Source of the DNA: Arcobacteraceae bacterium
GTDB taxonomy: Bacteria > Campylobacterota > Campylobacteria > Campylobacterales > Arcobacteraceae
Reading direction: 5' to 3'
Assembly: GCA_048268245.1 (NCBI GenBank)
Contig: JBLWVX010000004.1
Coordinates: forward strand, 81,041-145,040
DNA: 64,000 nucleotides
Shown: positions 1 through 12,832 of the stretch, in pieces
Layout: each line of letters begins with the position of its first letter
Numbering within the stretch: position 1 is the first letter of the stretch
Position numbers and translations under genes: made by a program
The notes under the pieces: generated by a model
Seen by the model: the letters and a program-made list of their open reading frames with translations, nothing else
Databases searched by the model: none
What the model was told of the DNA's origin: nothing

Positions 1-111
1 TTTTAAACAGTGATATTTTATCAAAAGTTTATGAAATACATAGAATTTTAAAGGCTTTAGATTTATTGTTTTTTATAATTTTGATTTTTGGAAATAGTTT
101 TGAAAGTTTAA

Positions 112-158
112 AATAAAAAAAGCACCCTTCAAATTATTTTGAAAGATGCTTTTTTATT
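112..158 (-). terminator. Probable intrinsic terminator downstream of thiC and the repeat array
   Basis: Imperfect inverted repeat aataaaaaaagca..ttcaaa / tttgaa..tgctttttt with A/T tails. Confidence 0.55.
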
Positions 159-169
159 AGGTGATTTGG

Positions 170-1808
<1,639 letters not shown>

Positions 1809-1902
1809 TTATAAAACCTTAATCCAAGCAATTAATTTCCATTTATTATTTGTATAAGTTTCTTTTCTATATAATAATCAAAGAAAAAATAATGGGATAA
1901 TT

Positions 1903-2724
1903 ATGAAAAATAAAGTAAAAAAGCAAATTGATTCATTACCACCATTACCCAATAGTATTATAGAACTAGAAGAGTTTAAAAAAGTAAAAAACTCTTCTCC
2001 TGATGAATTGATAAAAATAATTGAGAAAGATCCCCTGTTAGTAGCAAATATACTAAAAGTAGCAAACTCTTCAATGTTTGGTTTTAGAAGTAGTGTAGAT
2101 ACTTTAAGTAGAGCTATAAACTTACTTGGCATAAACTTTACTATTTCATTAGCAATGGGCTCAATTGTTCAAAATACAGTAAAATGTAACCTTTTGGCCT
2201 ATAGCATTTCAACGGATGAATTTATAAACTTAAGTGCTTTATCTACAAAAATTATAAATGAATGGATTTCAAAAATAGACAATGACTTAAAAGATAATTT
2301 ATTAATGCCTGCGTTTTTACAAGAAACAGGTAAATTTATCATTGCTAAAATAATTGAACAAGAAAATAAAATTGATGACTTCAAAGAAGCTTTAAATAAA
2401 GAGAATGATATTTCAACAGTTGAGATAAACTTTACAGGCTTTACGACAGCTAAAATTACTGCTAACTTATTTAAACATTGGGGGCTAACTCACAATATCA
2501 TATATTCAATAGGGTTTGTTGATGATATAAATAATGCTTCTAGTGAATATAAGAAAAAAGCACAAATTCTAAAAATCACAAAAGAGCTTGCTAACTTCAA
2601 AGCTCCTTTGAGTGATTCATCTATTGAAATGGCAAATAAATTGTCAAAATCTTATGGATTTGATGAAAAACAACTAAATAATTCAATTCAATCAATAAAA
2701 GATCAAATTCTAAATAATTCTTAA
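1903..2724 (+). CDS. HDOD domain protein
   Basis: LPPLP...DPLLVANILKVANS...AINLLG signature. Confidence 0.9.
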   Translation: MKNKVKKQIDSLPPLPNSIIELEEFKKVKNSSPDELIKIIEKDPLLVANILKVANSSMFGFRSSVDTLSRAINLLGINFTISLAMGSIVQNTVKCNLLAYSISTDEFINLSALSTKIINEWISKIDNDLKDNLLMPAFLQETGKFIIAKIIEQENKIDDFKEALNKENDISTVEINFTGFTTAKITANLFKHWGLTHNIIYSIGFVDDINNASSEYKKKAQILKITKELANFKAPLSDSSIEMANKLSKSYGFDEKQLNNSIQSIKDQILNNS

Positions 2725-2782
2725 CTTTTCATAAGTAACATTAGATTATAATATGTAACTTTTTTACACAAAGGGGATATTA

Positions 2783-3901
2783 GTGTCTGACGTTGCTTTA
2801 ATTGTACTATGCGCTGGTAATTCTACTAGATTTCAACATAAAGCAAAAAAACAGTGGCTTAGAATTGAAAATGAACCACTATGGCTAAATGTGACTAAAC
2901 GATTATCAGGTTTTGCTCAATTTGAGAAGATTATTGTTACTGCCCACAAAAATGAAATCGGGTATATGCAAAACTTTAATGATGACTACACGTACGTAAC
3001 AGGCGGCGACACAAGACAAGAATCTATGGCAAACTCTCTAAAAGAAGTTACCTCTAAATATGTAATGGTGACTGACGTTGCAAGAGCTTGCGTTCCTAAG
3101 AGTGTAATTGATAATCTACTCAACGAAAAAGGTGTAAAAGATTGTATAGTTCCTGTTCTAGATGTTTCTGATACAGTAATATACAATGAAGATACAATAA
3201 ATAGAGATAATGTAAAACTTATCCAAACTCCTCAACTCTCAAAAACTGACATCTTAAAAAAAGCCTTAGATACAATAACTGAATTTACTGATGATAGCTC
3301 TGCTATAAAAGCAATAAATGGTTCTATTAAATATGTAAAGGGAAGTATTGAAAGCAAAAAACTAACTCATGGTGATGAAATAAATGACTTACCAGCTTTA
3401 AAAGCAGCATCAAATAACTTCTTTACAGGAACTGGTATAGATATTCATCAATTTGAAGATGGTAAAAAGATGTATTTAGGTGGTGTTGAGATCCCTTGTG
3501 AATATGGTTTTAAAGCTCATAGTGATGGAGATGTATTAATTCATTCAGTAATAGATGCACTATTAGGTGCAGCTGGTGCTGGAGATATAGGAGAATTTTT
3601 TCCTGATACTGACCCAAAATATAAAGGTGCTGATTCAAAACTATTACTTCAAGAGATTGTAGAGTTTATTTATAATGTTGGCTATGAAATAGTAAATATA
3701 GACCTTACTATATTAGCTCAACAACCTAAAATTAATCCTTTCAAAAAAGATATTAAAAAACAATTATCAAAAATTTTAGCCCTTGAAAAGCAATTTATCA
3801 ATATAAAAGCAACTACTGGGGAGAAAATGGGATTTGTTGGTAGAAAAGAAGGTGTGGCAGTTCAAAGTATTGCTACATTAAAATACTATAAATGGAAGTA
3901 A
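2783..3901 (+). CDS. ispDF: Bifunctional IspD/IspF (MEP pathway)
   Basis: N-terminal AGNSTRF/KQW cytidylyltransferase; C-terminal GIDIH, HSDGDV, DIG, KATTGE. Confidence 0.96.
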   Translation: MSDVALIVLCAGNSTRFQHKAKKQWLRIENEPLWLNVTKRLSGFAQFEKIIVTAHKNEIGYMQNFNDDYTYVTGGDTRQESMANSLKEVTSKYVMVTDVARACVPKSVIDNLLNEKGVKDCIVPVLDVSDTVIYNEDTINRDNVKLIQTPQLSKTDILKKALDTITEFTDDSSAIKAINGSIKYVKGSIESKKLTHGDEINDLPALKAASNNFFTGTGIDIHQFEDGKKMYLGGVEIPCEYGFKAHSDGDVLIHSVIDALLGAAGAGDIGEFFPDTDPKYKGADSKLLLQEIVEFIYNVGYEIVNIDLTILAQQPKINPFKKDIKKQLSKILALEKQFINIKATTGEKMGFVGRKEGVAVQSIATLKYYKWK

Positions 3902-3904
3902 AAT

Positions 3905-4795
3905 ATGAATATTTTAATTATTGAAAATGAGATTTATTTAGCACAAAAAGTAGTTTCTAGACTACTTGATGATGGACACAGTTGTGATTATATTGAATCA
4001 CCAAATATTGATAACTTATCAAAAGATTATGACATAGTACTTTTATCAACTTCACTTCCATCAAGTTTATGTAAAAATATAATCAAAAAATATAAAGAAA
4101 ACTCTATTATTCTTCTTTTAGTTTCATATATTTCAGATGAAACAGTTACAAACCCTATAAAAGATGGTGCAAAAGATTATATTATGAAACCATTTTTAAT
4201 GGATGAACTTGTAAGAAAAATTTATCACTATAAAGAGTGTAGAAGTTTAAAAAGAGAACTACAGACACTAAGAGAATACGTTGATTTTATTATGGACGAA
4301 GTTGATACAACTGATACGTTCTTGCCTCCATCATTCCCTACTTTAGTTGAATCAAACTCACAAAAATGTGCAGATAAACTTGTATTTAAATTATCAAGAA
4401 GACTTGATATGCCAATCTCATTTATCTCACTAAATTGTGCAAATTGGCAAAAGAAACTAAATGCATTAGATGATAAAGGTATTATATATCTTACTGAGTA
4501 CCACAGTTTAAAAAGAACTGCAAAAGATAATCTTATTAAATTGATAGAGCATAAAAACTGTGTGATTTCATCACTTGAAAGTGAAGAAGACTTCCCATAC
4601 AGAAAAATAGAGTTTAACAATGAGAATTTACTTATGAGTACTACAAATATCATGACTATAAATGACTATGTAAAACTTATGGTTCTATCATACCAATCAA
4701 AATACCCAGATACAGAACTATCTAAAAAACTTGGTATTTCAAGAAAATCTCTTTGGGAAAAGAGAAAAAAACTTGGTATAGAAAAAAAGAAATAA
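3905..4795 (+). CDS. Atypical response regulator (REC, degenerate central domain, Fis-type HTH)
   Basis: REC-like N-terminus (GAKDYIMKPF) with LLS at the expected phospho-Asp; C-terminal LGISRKSLWEK HTH. Confidence 0.8.
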   Translation: MNILIIENEIYLAQKVVSRLLDDGHSCDYIESPNIDNLSKDYDIVLLSTSLPSSLCKNIIKKYKENSIILLLVSYISDETVTNPIKDGAKDYIMKPFLMDELVRKIYHYKECRSLKRELQTLREYVDFIMDEVDTTDTFLPPSFPTLVESNSQKCADKLVFKLSRRLDMPISFISLNCANWQKKLNALDDKGIIYLTEYHSLKRTAKDNLIKLIEHKNCVISSLESEEDFPYRKIEFNNENLLMSTTNIMTINDYVKLMVLSYQSKYPDTELSKKLGISRKSLWEKRKKLGIEKKK

Positions 4796-4803
4796 GGTAA
4801 ATT

Positions 4804-5277
4804 ATGAATTTAAGAAAGTTTTTCCTAACAGTTGGATATTCAGGTTTATCTCCAAAAGCTCCTGGAACAGTAGGTTCATTTGTAGCTTTAATCTTAGCAA
4901 TTGGTATACTACAAGTATTTGATGTTTCAACTCTATTTTTATTAGGCTTATTTGTTACTGTGATTGCAGTAAAACAAATAGATATATATGAAAAAGAAGT
5001 AGGTGAGCATGATAGTAAAGAAATAGTAATTGATGAGCTTGCAGGAATGTGGATAGCACTATCAATTTGTAAACCAACAGAATCAAACCTTCTTATTATG
5101 GCAGCCTTAGCCTTTATATTCTTTAGAATATTTGATATATGGAAACCTTCAATTATTGGAAGAATCGATGAAAAAGTAAAAGGTGGATGGGGAGTTATGG
5201 GTGATGATGTAATCGCCGGAATTGCAGGTGGTATCTCAGCCTCAGCAGTTTACTACTTAGTTACACAATTTATTTAA
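4804..5277 (+). CDS. pgpA: Phosphatidylglycerophosphatase A
   Basis: PKAPGTVGS, IVIDE, FRIFDIWKP, GVMGDD motifs. Confidence 0.95.
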   Translation: MNLRKFFLTVGYSGLSPKAPGTVGSFVALILAIGILQVFDVSTLFLLGLFVTVIAVKQIDIYEKEVGEHDSKEIVIDELAGMWIALSICKPTESNLLIMAALAFIFFRIFDIWKPSIIGRIDEKVKGGWGVMGDDVIAGIAGGISASAVYYLVTQFI

Positions 5278-5287
5278 ATAAAAGCTC

Positions 5288-5308
5288 GTTAGTCTAAATT
5301 AGACTAAC
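5288..5308. terminator. Hairpin after pgpA
   Basis: gttagtctaa-a-ttagactaac inverted repeat between convergent genes. Confidence 0.5.
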
Positions 5309-5386
5309 AATGCTTTATTACTACATATATTTTCTATTTATTAACAGATTTAAAAAGTTTTTATTCGTGATTAAAATAGTGAAAAA

Positions 5387-5543
5387 GTTCACTGTTTTGT
5401 TGAAGTTCAAGGCAAAATTTGGAATTTATGAGGAGCGTACATATAGTATGGAAGTAGGGGAAAACTTGTGCCCATAAGGCACAAGGCAAACTTCACGCGT
5501 AACTTGAAGTTTTCAACGCAGAAATTGCGTAAAATAGGTAAAC
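5387..5543. repeat. MITE-like palindromic intergenic element
   Basis: Imperfect terminal IR (gttcactgtttt / aaaataggtaaac), GC-richer than flanks, internal cttgtgcc-ggcacaag hairpin. Confidence 0.5.
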
Positions 5544-6667
5544 TATTTTACGATTTTTGCGAATTCGTCAAAGATATATTTCGACTCATGTGGCCCTGGA
5601 GATGCCTCTGGGTGATGTTGTACTGAGAAGATATCTTTATTTTTATATTTTACACCTTCTATAGTTCCATCAAATAAGTTTTTATGAGTAATCTCAGCAA
5701 TTTGCTCAATTGAATCTGGAACATTATAGTTATGGTTTTGTGCAGTAATTTCTACAACCATTGTTTTAGGGTTTGCAACTGGATGATTTCCACCGTGTTG
5801 TCCAAATGGTAATTTATATGTATCATGCCCATGAGCAATTGATAACATTTGGTGTCCTAAACAAATAGCAAACATCGGAATACCTGCTCCAATTAGTTTT
5901 TGTACTTCTTTTTTCTCTTCTGTTAAAGTAAGTGGATCACCTGGTCCATTTGATAAGAAAATACCACCGATTTCTTTAGCTTCAAATCTAGCTATTAAAT
6001 CATCAGCTTTAAACGTTGATGGAACAACTTCAACTTCTAATCCTGATTGAACTAATTCATTTAAGATATTTCTTTTTACACCAAAGTCAACAACAACGAT
6101 TTTTTTATCACTCATTACAGCTTTATTGTAAGCTTTTGATTCATGATTCCAAGCTCCACTTTTGTGAATATAAGGCTCTTTTGTAGATACTTGTTCTATA
6201 TAGTTAATATCTTCAATTCTTGGACTTTCACTTAGTTTTTTAGCTAATTCATCTTTATCAGAAATTTCAGTTGAAGCAATCATCATCATTGCACCTTCAT
6301 CTCTAATCATTTTAGTTAAGTATCTTGTATCAATTGCTGTAATACCTAAAACATTATGCTCTTTTAAAAGTGAATCTAAATCACCTTGCGCTCTATAGTT
6401 TGAGTATTTATGATGATAGTTTCTAACTAATACACCTTTACAGTATGCTGTTTTACTTTCCATATCATCTTCATTTACACCAACATTTCCAATTTCTGGC
6501 ATTGTAAATGTTACAAACTGTCCTGCGTATGATGGATCAGTAATGATTTCTTGGTAACCTGTTAATGACGTATTAAATACTACTTCTCCAACAGATGTAC
6601 CAGTTGCACCAAAAGATTTTGCTTCTAAAAATGTTCCGTTTTCTAAGTAAATCCAAACTTTTTGCAT
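5543..6667 (-). CDS. carA: Carbamoyl-phosphate synthase small subunit
   Basis: GEVVFNTSLTGYQE, SNGPGDP, ICLGHQ, HPEASPGPH. Confidence 0.98.
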   Translation of the reverse strand: MQKVWIYLENGTFLEAKSFGATGTSVGEVVFNTSLTGYQEIITDPSYAGQFVTFTMPEIGNVGVNEDDMESKTAYCKGVLVRNYHHKYSNYRAQGDLDSLLKEHNVLGITAIDTRYLTKMIRDEGAMMMIASTEISDKDELAKKLSESPRIEDINYIEQVSTKEPYIHKSGAWNHESKAYNKAVMSDKKIVVVDFGVKRNILNELVQSGLEVEVVPSTFKADDLIARFEAKEIGGIFLSNGPGDPLTLTEEKKEVQKLIGAGIPMFAICLGHQMLSIAHGHDTYKLPFGQHGGNHPVANPKTMVVEITAQNHNYNVPDSIEQIAEITHKNLFDGTIEGVKYKNKDIFSVQHHPEASPGPHESKYIFDEFAKIVK

Positions 6668-6668
6668 C

Positions 6669-7220
6669 TTATATTAACCCTCTTTTAATTAATTCTTCTT
6701 CATATAGTCTATGATAAACTAAATCATAATCCTCAGTCCCTGGTATTAACTTTCTTTTATAGTTTTTAAGCTTAGCTAATACCATTGAGTCTGCTTCTTC
6801 AAAACCTTTCATAAACTCATCGATTGATGAGAAAATGATATTTTTAACTTGATTGTCAGAGCAAGTATAATGAATATAATCCTCTTCCCATAAAAAGTCT
6901 AAAACTTGATGGGCAATATCAGAGAATCTATCTTCATTATTTAAAATAACACCAAAATCATTTGCTAATCTTTTTTTAGTCATCCAAAAAAGTTGCCTTC
7001 TATCAGCATTTAACATTTCAATTTCTTCATCTTGTCCATCAAGAATATCATCAACTTTTTCGTCTAATTCAAACTCTTTTTCTATATCAGCATCCATGAT
7101 TCTTTCTATTTGTGCTTCTATAGCATTTTTATCTTTTCTTACCTCTACGAAATCACAATTAATGATGTCTCTTGTAATTCTTCTAGAGATATATGGTGTA
7201 TGATGTAATTTGATTCTCAT
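6669..7220 (-). CDS. DUF507 family protein
   Basis: Position between purA and carA; RKLIPGTEDYD...YEEEL C-terminus. Confidence 0.75.
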   Translation of the reverse strand: MRIKLHHTPYISRRITRDIINCDFVEVRKDKNAIEAQIERIMDADIEKEFELDEKVDDILDGQDEEIEMLNADRRQLFWMTKKRLANDFGVILNNEDRFSDIAHQVLDFLWEEDYIHYTCSDNQVKNIIFSSIDEFMKGFEEADSMVLAKLKNYKRKLIPGTEDYDLVYHRLYEEELIKRGLI

Positions 7221-7224
7221 CGTA

Positions 7225-8478
<1,254 letters not shown>

Positions 8479-8484
8479 TTAATC

Positions 8485-9330
8485 CTAATCCTCTAAAATT
8501 TTTAATAAACTATCTGTGTATAGGGCAAAACCTAATGAACAAGTACCTTCACTTGAATACATACCACCCTTACATACTGTTAAATTATCGCTAATTACTC
8601 TATAATAAACACCATTGTAATACTTTAATGAACCATAATATAATGGAGCAATTACTGTATTGTTGTAGTTAACTTCACTTGCTTTTTCAAGTAGTTTTTC
8701 TAACTCTGCTTTTATTGATATTGGAACTATTGAAATTACATTTTTTAAATCTTCAATATTTTTCACTTTAATAAGTTCATTTAGCCATTTACAATCTAAT
8801 TTAAACAGTGATGCTATTTCACCATTTTTAAATAAATCAATATCAATATTTAATTCACTTGCTACAAGTTTTGGAATATTGATATTTGATATTTGGAAAA
8901 CTGGTTCTAAATCTAATGCTTTTAAAATGTCTGCTGTTAAGTTCATAACATCAGAAATATTATCATGACCTATCCATTCACAACCTATTTGATACTCTTC
9001 ATTTGATGGATAAGTAAACACTGGCTGAACATAAAACCATTTTTTATGATCTGTTGTTCTTCCTAATCTTTTTGAGATAATTCTTACTACATCTAAAGTA
9101 GAATCAGCTCTTAAAGATACTTGTTCATTATCCTCATCCGAAAACTTAATAAGCTTTTTTTCATCAGCAATTGACTGATGTTGTGAGTATGAAAAGTTAG
9201 GTGTTAGAATCTCTTCAAAACCATTTTTGTCCAATATTTCACAAACTTTATTTTCTAAAGTTCTTTTAGCTTTAGCAGCCTTTGCAAAATATAATCTACT
9301 TCCCTTTGGTATTTCGTGTTCAAAAACCAT
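8485..9330 (-). CDS. hisZ: ATP phosphoribosyltransferase regulatory subunit
   Basis: HisRS-like (IPKG, SLRADST, YYNG, GG.Y, GFA); upstream of purA. Confidence 0.85.
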   Translation of the reverse strand: MVFEHEIPKGSRLYFAKAAKAKRTLENKVCEILDKNGFEEILTPNFSYSQHQSIADEKKLIKFSDEDNEQVSLRADSTLDVVRIISKRLGRTTDHKKWFYVQPVFTYPSNEEYQIGCEWIGHDNISDVMNLTADILKALDLEPVFQISNINIPKLVASELNIDIDLFKNGEIASLFKLDCKWLNELIKVKNIEDLKNVISIVPISIKAELEKLLEKASEVNYNNTVIAPLYYGSLKYYNGVYYRVISDNLTVCKGGMYSSEGTCSLGFALYTDSLLKILED

Positions 9331-9335
9331 AACTG

Positions 9336-10445
9336 CTAGTTTCCTTTAAACATTTGTTCAAGGAAAACTCTATTTGCAGTTCCATCAAATGTTCTTAAAT
9401 TTAGTTCATCCATAGCAAGTTCAATTGCATTTACAGCCCAAGCTGCCTCGTAATCTTCAACTAATCCCATATGATTAACTCTAAAGATTAATTTTTTGAT
9501 ATGGTCTTGTCCACCTGCGATATTTACATTATATTTAGTTTTTAAAACTTTTCTTATTTCTGGTGCATGCTCTGTATAAACAGTTGTCATAGCATTAGCA
9601 GGACTTTGAGGGAATATCTCACATCCAATTGCTTTTAAAGCTTCTCTTGAAGCCTTTGCTCTTAATGCTGTTTTTTCATATAAAGCATCATATCCACCAT
9701 TTTCTTTTATATGTGATAAAATCTCTTTTAATCCAATGATTAAAGTCGTAGCTGCTGTCCATGCTGTAGTATTTGTTCTTTGTTTTTTAATCTCAGTTGC
9801 TAAATTAAAGTAAAAGCCTCTTGCTTTACTTTCTACTTTTTCAACTGCTGCATTTGATAAACCAATTACTGCTAAACCTGGTGGTAACATTAAAGCTTTT
9901 TGACTTCCTGTAATAACTGCATCTAAATTTGAAGTATCAATTTTTTCAACACCAATTGCAGTAATTCCATCAGCTACAACTGTGATATCTTTATTTATTT
10001 TTTTAACTTCTTGTGCAATTTGCTCAACAGGGTGTCTTAATCCCCCTGCACTTTCACATAGTTGAATAAAAACGGCATCTATTTCACTGTCATTTTTAAC
10101 AGCTTCAACTACTGCTTCAACACTTACAGGTACATTCCATTCATTTTTAATTTCAGTATAATCAATATCAAAAGCTTTACAGATTTTTCCGAATCTCTCA
10201 CCAAACTTCCCTGAGTTTACAGTAAGAGCTTTTTTATGAGTTAAGTTTGTAACACAAGCTTCCATAGCTCCTGAACCACTTGATGCAAGCATTACAACCT
10301 CATCCATTCCATATAATTCAAATAGTAATTCTCTAGTTTCAGCAAATATTGCTTCAAACTCTGGCGTTCTATGGTGAATAGTTACATCAGCCATCGCCTT
10401 TCTTACAAATTCTGGTACTGGAGTAGGACCTGGAGTTAATAGCAT
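9336..10445 (-). CDS. Class V PLP aminotransferase (serine-pyruvate/alanine-glyoxylate family)
   Basis: LLTPGPT, GKFGERF, GSQKALMLPPG. Confidence 0.92.
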   Translation of the reverse strand: MLLTPGPTPVPEFVRKAMADVTIHHRTPEFEAIFAETRELLFELYGMDEVVMLASSGSGAMEACVTNLTHKKALTVNSGKFGERFGKICKAFDIDYTEIKNEWNVPVSVEAVVEAVKNDSEIDAVFIQLCESAGGLRHPVEQIAQEVKKINKDITVVADGITAIGVEKIDTSNLDAVITGSQKALMLPPGLAVIGLSNAAVEKVESKARGFYFNLATEIKKQRTNTTAWTAATTLIIGLKEILSHIKENGGYDALYEKTALRAKASREALKAIGCEIFPQSPANAMTTVYTEHAPEIRKVLKTKYNVNIAGGQDHIKKLIFRVNHMGLVEDYEAAWAVNAIELAMDELNLRTFDGTANRVFLEQMFKGN

Positions 10446-10562
10446 TTCATATTCCTTAATTTTCTTTCTTTATAGCAAAACATGATATTTTAGCTAATAA
10501 TTTATTATTAAACGGTTAAGCAAATAAAATAACAAATTTTATTGAAAAACTGTTATTTTCTC

Positions 10563-10591
10563 TTGACAAATAAATTTTTTTCTTGTAGAAT
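10563..10591 (+). promoter_or_regulatory. Sigma70-like promoter of the Lys-rich small gene
   Basis: TTGACA-17 bp-TAGAAT. Confidence 0.65.
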
Positions 10592-10660
10592 CTCTATAAT
10601 TTATTACTTTTATACAGAAGTAATAGTAAAAAACCATAATAATAACAAAGGAAATAACAA

Positions 10661-10849
10661 ATGGCAAAAGAATTAAAAGAAAAAAAAGTTGCAAAAATAG
10701 CTAAGAAAGCTACTAAAAAAGTTGTATCTAAGAAAAAAGACGTAAAAGCAGTTGCTAAAAAAGTTACTAAAAAAGTTTTAAAATTAAAACCTACTAAAGT
10801 AAAACAAGCTAAAAAAGCTGCTAAAAAAGTTGCTAAAAAAGCTGCATAA
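10661..10849 (+). CDS. Small Lys/Ala-rich histone H1-like protein
   Basis: 62 aa, ~27 Lys, AKK/KKV repeats; AAGGA RBS, own promoter and terminator. Confidence 0.8.
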   Translation: MAKELKEKKVAKIAKKATKKVVSKKKDVKAVAKKVTKKVLKLKPTKVKQAKKAAKKVAKKAA

Positions 10850-10875
10850 TTAAGCACTTTTTTAATACCCTTCTT

Positions 10876-10907
10876 AAAAAGGTAGTACATTTGTACTACC
10901 TTTTTTT
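10876..10907 (+). terminator. Intrinsic terminator
   Basis: aaaaaggtagtaca-tt-tgtactacc-ttttttt. Confidence 0.85.
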
Positions 10908-10969
10908 ATACCCTTTTAACACTAAATAAACTAAAATATTCAATTAAATTTAATACAAAGACATACATC

Positions 10970-11593
10970 ATGGAACTAAATGTTTGGATTACATTACTTC
11001 TTGCTTCAATTGCTATTTCTATATCACCAGGAGCAGGTGCTGTTGTATCAATGAATCATGGGATTAAATACGGATTAAAAAAGTCATATCCTGCTATTTT
11101 TGGATTACAAGCTGGATTATTAGCTCAAACTTTCATAGTTGTTATTGGTCTTGGTGCTCTTATTGCAAAATCTGTAATGCTTTTTAATATAATCAAATGG
11201 ATTGGTGTTGCTTACTTAGTCTATTTAGGTCTTTCAAAATTTTTGGAAAAAGTTGAAGTAATTGATCATGAAAATCATCTAAATAACTACAATGCAAAGA
11301 AATCTTTTATTAGTGCCACATTAATAAATCTTACAAATGCAAAAGCTACAGTTTTTTTAGTAGCATTTATTCCCCAGTTTTTAAATCCAAATGAGTCTTT
11401 ATGGCTTCAATTTGCAATAATCGGTCTTACTTTATGTATAATTGATATTTTTGTAATGACAGGATATTCAGGGCTTGCTTCTAAATTGAAATTTTTAATA
11501 AAAGATGTAAAAGCTATGAAAATTCAAAATAGAATTACAGGAAGTTTTCTAATTTTAGCTGCTATTTTTATGTCAACAGCAAAAAAATCTTAA
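10970..11593 (+). CDS. LysE/RhtB family amino acid exporter
   Basis: SPGAG, G.AYL.YLG, N.K...F..AFIPQF; about 6 TM segments. Confidence 0.92.
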   Translation: MELNVWITLLLASIAISISPGAGAVVSMNHGIKYGLKKSYPAIFGLQAGLLAQTFIVVIGLGALIAKSVMLFNIIKWIGVAYLVYLGLSKFLEKVEVIDHENHLNNYNAKKSFISATLINLTNAKATVFLVAFIPQFLNPNESLWLQFAIIGLTLCIIDIFVMTGYSGLASKLKFLIKDVKAMKIQNRITGSFLILAAIFMSTAKKS

Positions 11594-11678
11594 ATTTTCA
11601 AAATTTATCTAAAGGGCTTAAAATAGTACTTTAGATAAAAACAAACTATTAGTTGATACTTACTTTTTATAAATACTC

Positions 11679-11708
11679 TTGACAAATAGTACTAATTAGT
11701 ACTATAAT
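11679..11708 (+). promoter_or_regulatory. marR promoter overlapped by a 20-bp palindromic operator
   Basis: TTGACA-18 bp-TATAAT; ATAGTACTAATTAGTACTAT at 11686-11705. Confidence 0.75.
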
Positions 11709-11727
11709 TTCAAAAGGAGTTAAAAAC

Positions 11728-12180
11728 ATGAATACGCAATCAATTAAAAGTTATGGAAAAAGAACAGATAAATCTATGAAAACTATTGTTAGAATAGAGA
11801 AATTTAGAACCAAATTTCATAATAAACTAATTGACTACTTGAATGGTTTTGACTTGACGTTTAATCAGTTTAAAGTACTAGAAGTGCTTTATCATAGAGG
11901 TGATTTAAATATTAGTTCAATTACAAAACTTACTATGAGTACACCTGGTAATATTACAGTTGTTGTAAAAAACCTAAAAAGAGATGGATGGATTACAGCG
12001 ATAAAAGACCCAGAAGATAGTAGAGCTTCAATTTTAACTATCACTCAAAAAGGGATTAAAATAATTGAAGAGTTATTTCCAGATCACGCAAGAAATGTGT
12101 ATAAACTATTAGAAGTTTTAAGTGATGATGAATTAGATACTTTATATGAACTTCTAAATAAAGTTTATAAAGCAAATTAA
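11728..12180 (+). CDS. MarR family regulator (MhqR-like)
   Basis: LT..QF.VLEVLYHRG, GNIT.VV.NL...G, D.R...LT.KG. Confidence 0.92.
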   Translation: MNTQSIKSYGKRTDKSMKTIVRIEKFRTKFHNKLIDYLNGFDLTFNQFKVLEVLYHRGDLNISSITKLTMSTPGNITVVVKNLKRDGWITAIKDPEDSRASILTITQKGIKIIEELFPDHARNVYKLLEVLSDDELDTLYELLNKVYKAN

Positions 12181-12194
12181 AAAATTTTAAACTA

Positions 12195-12214
12195 TTAGTA
12201 CTAACTAGTAGCAA
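12195..12214 (+). promoter_or_regulatory. Second, degenerate MarR operator copy
   Basis: TTAGTACTAACTAGTAGCAA resembles the 11686 palindrome. Confidence 0.55.
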
Positions 12215-12253
12215 AAAATATCTATAAAATTATATAAAAAAAGGACAAATAAA

Positions 12254-12823
12254 ATGACAAAATTAGTAAAATTAGGATTAGCTTCAATTTTAAGTGCAGG
12301 AGCATTATACGCAGGAACATACAATGTAGATACAAGCCACTCAAATGTAGGATTTAAAGTAAAACATATGATGATTTCAAACGTAACTGGGAAATTTGAT
12401 ACATTTAATGGTTCATTTGATTATGATGAAAAAACAAATACATTAAAATCATTAAGTGGTGTAGTTGAAGTAAAATCAATCAATACTGCAAACGAAAAAA
12501 GAGATAAACACTTAAAAGATAGTGATTTCTTTGCAGCTGATAAATACCCTCAAATTAAATTTGATTTAAATAAAGTAGAAGATGATAAAGCTTATGGAAA
12601 ATTAACAATGAGAGGTGTTACTAAAGATGTTGTTTTAGATGTTGAAACAAATGGAACAATTAAAGATCCTTGGGGAAATACTAGAGCTGGTTTAGTCCTT
12701 GAAGGAAAAGTTAATAGAATGGATTATGGAATTAAATATAACTCTGTTTTAGAAGCAGGTGGTGTTGCAGTTGGTGAAAAAGTAAAGCTAATTGTTGAAC
12801 TAGAAGGTATCTTAAAAAAATAA
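12254..12823 (+). CDS. yceI: YceI family polyisoprenoid-binding protein
   Basis: Signal peptide, D..HS.VGF.VKH, RDKHL...FF, DPWG..RAG. Confidence 0.92.
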   Translation: MTKLVKLGLASILSAGALYAGTYNVDTSHSNVGFKVKHMMISNVTGKFDTFNGSFDYDEKTNTLKSLSGVVEVKSINTANEKRDKHLKDSDFFAADKYPQIKFDLNKVEDDKAYGKLTMRGVTKDVVLDVETNGTIKDPWGNTRAGLVLEGKVNRMDYGIKYNSVLEAGGVAVGEKVKLIVELEGILKK

Positions 12824-12832
12824 GGATATATT

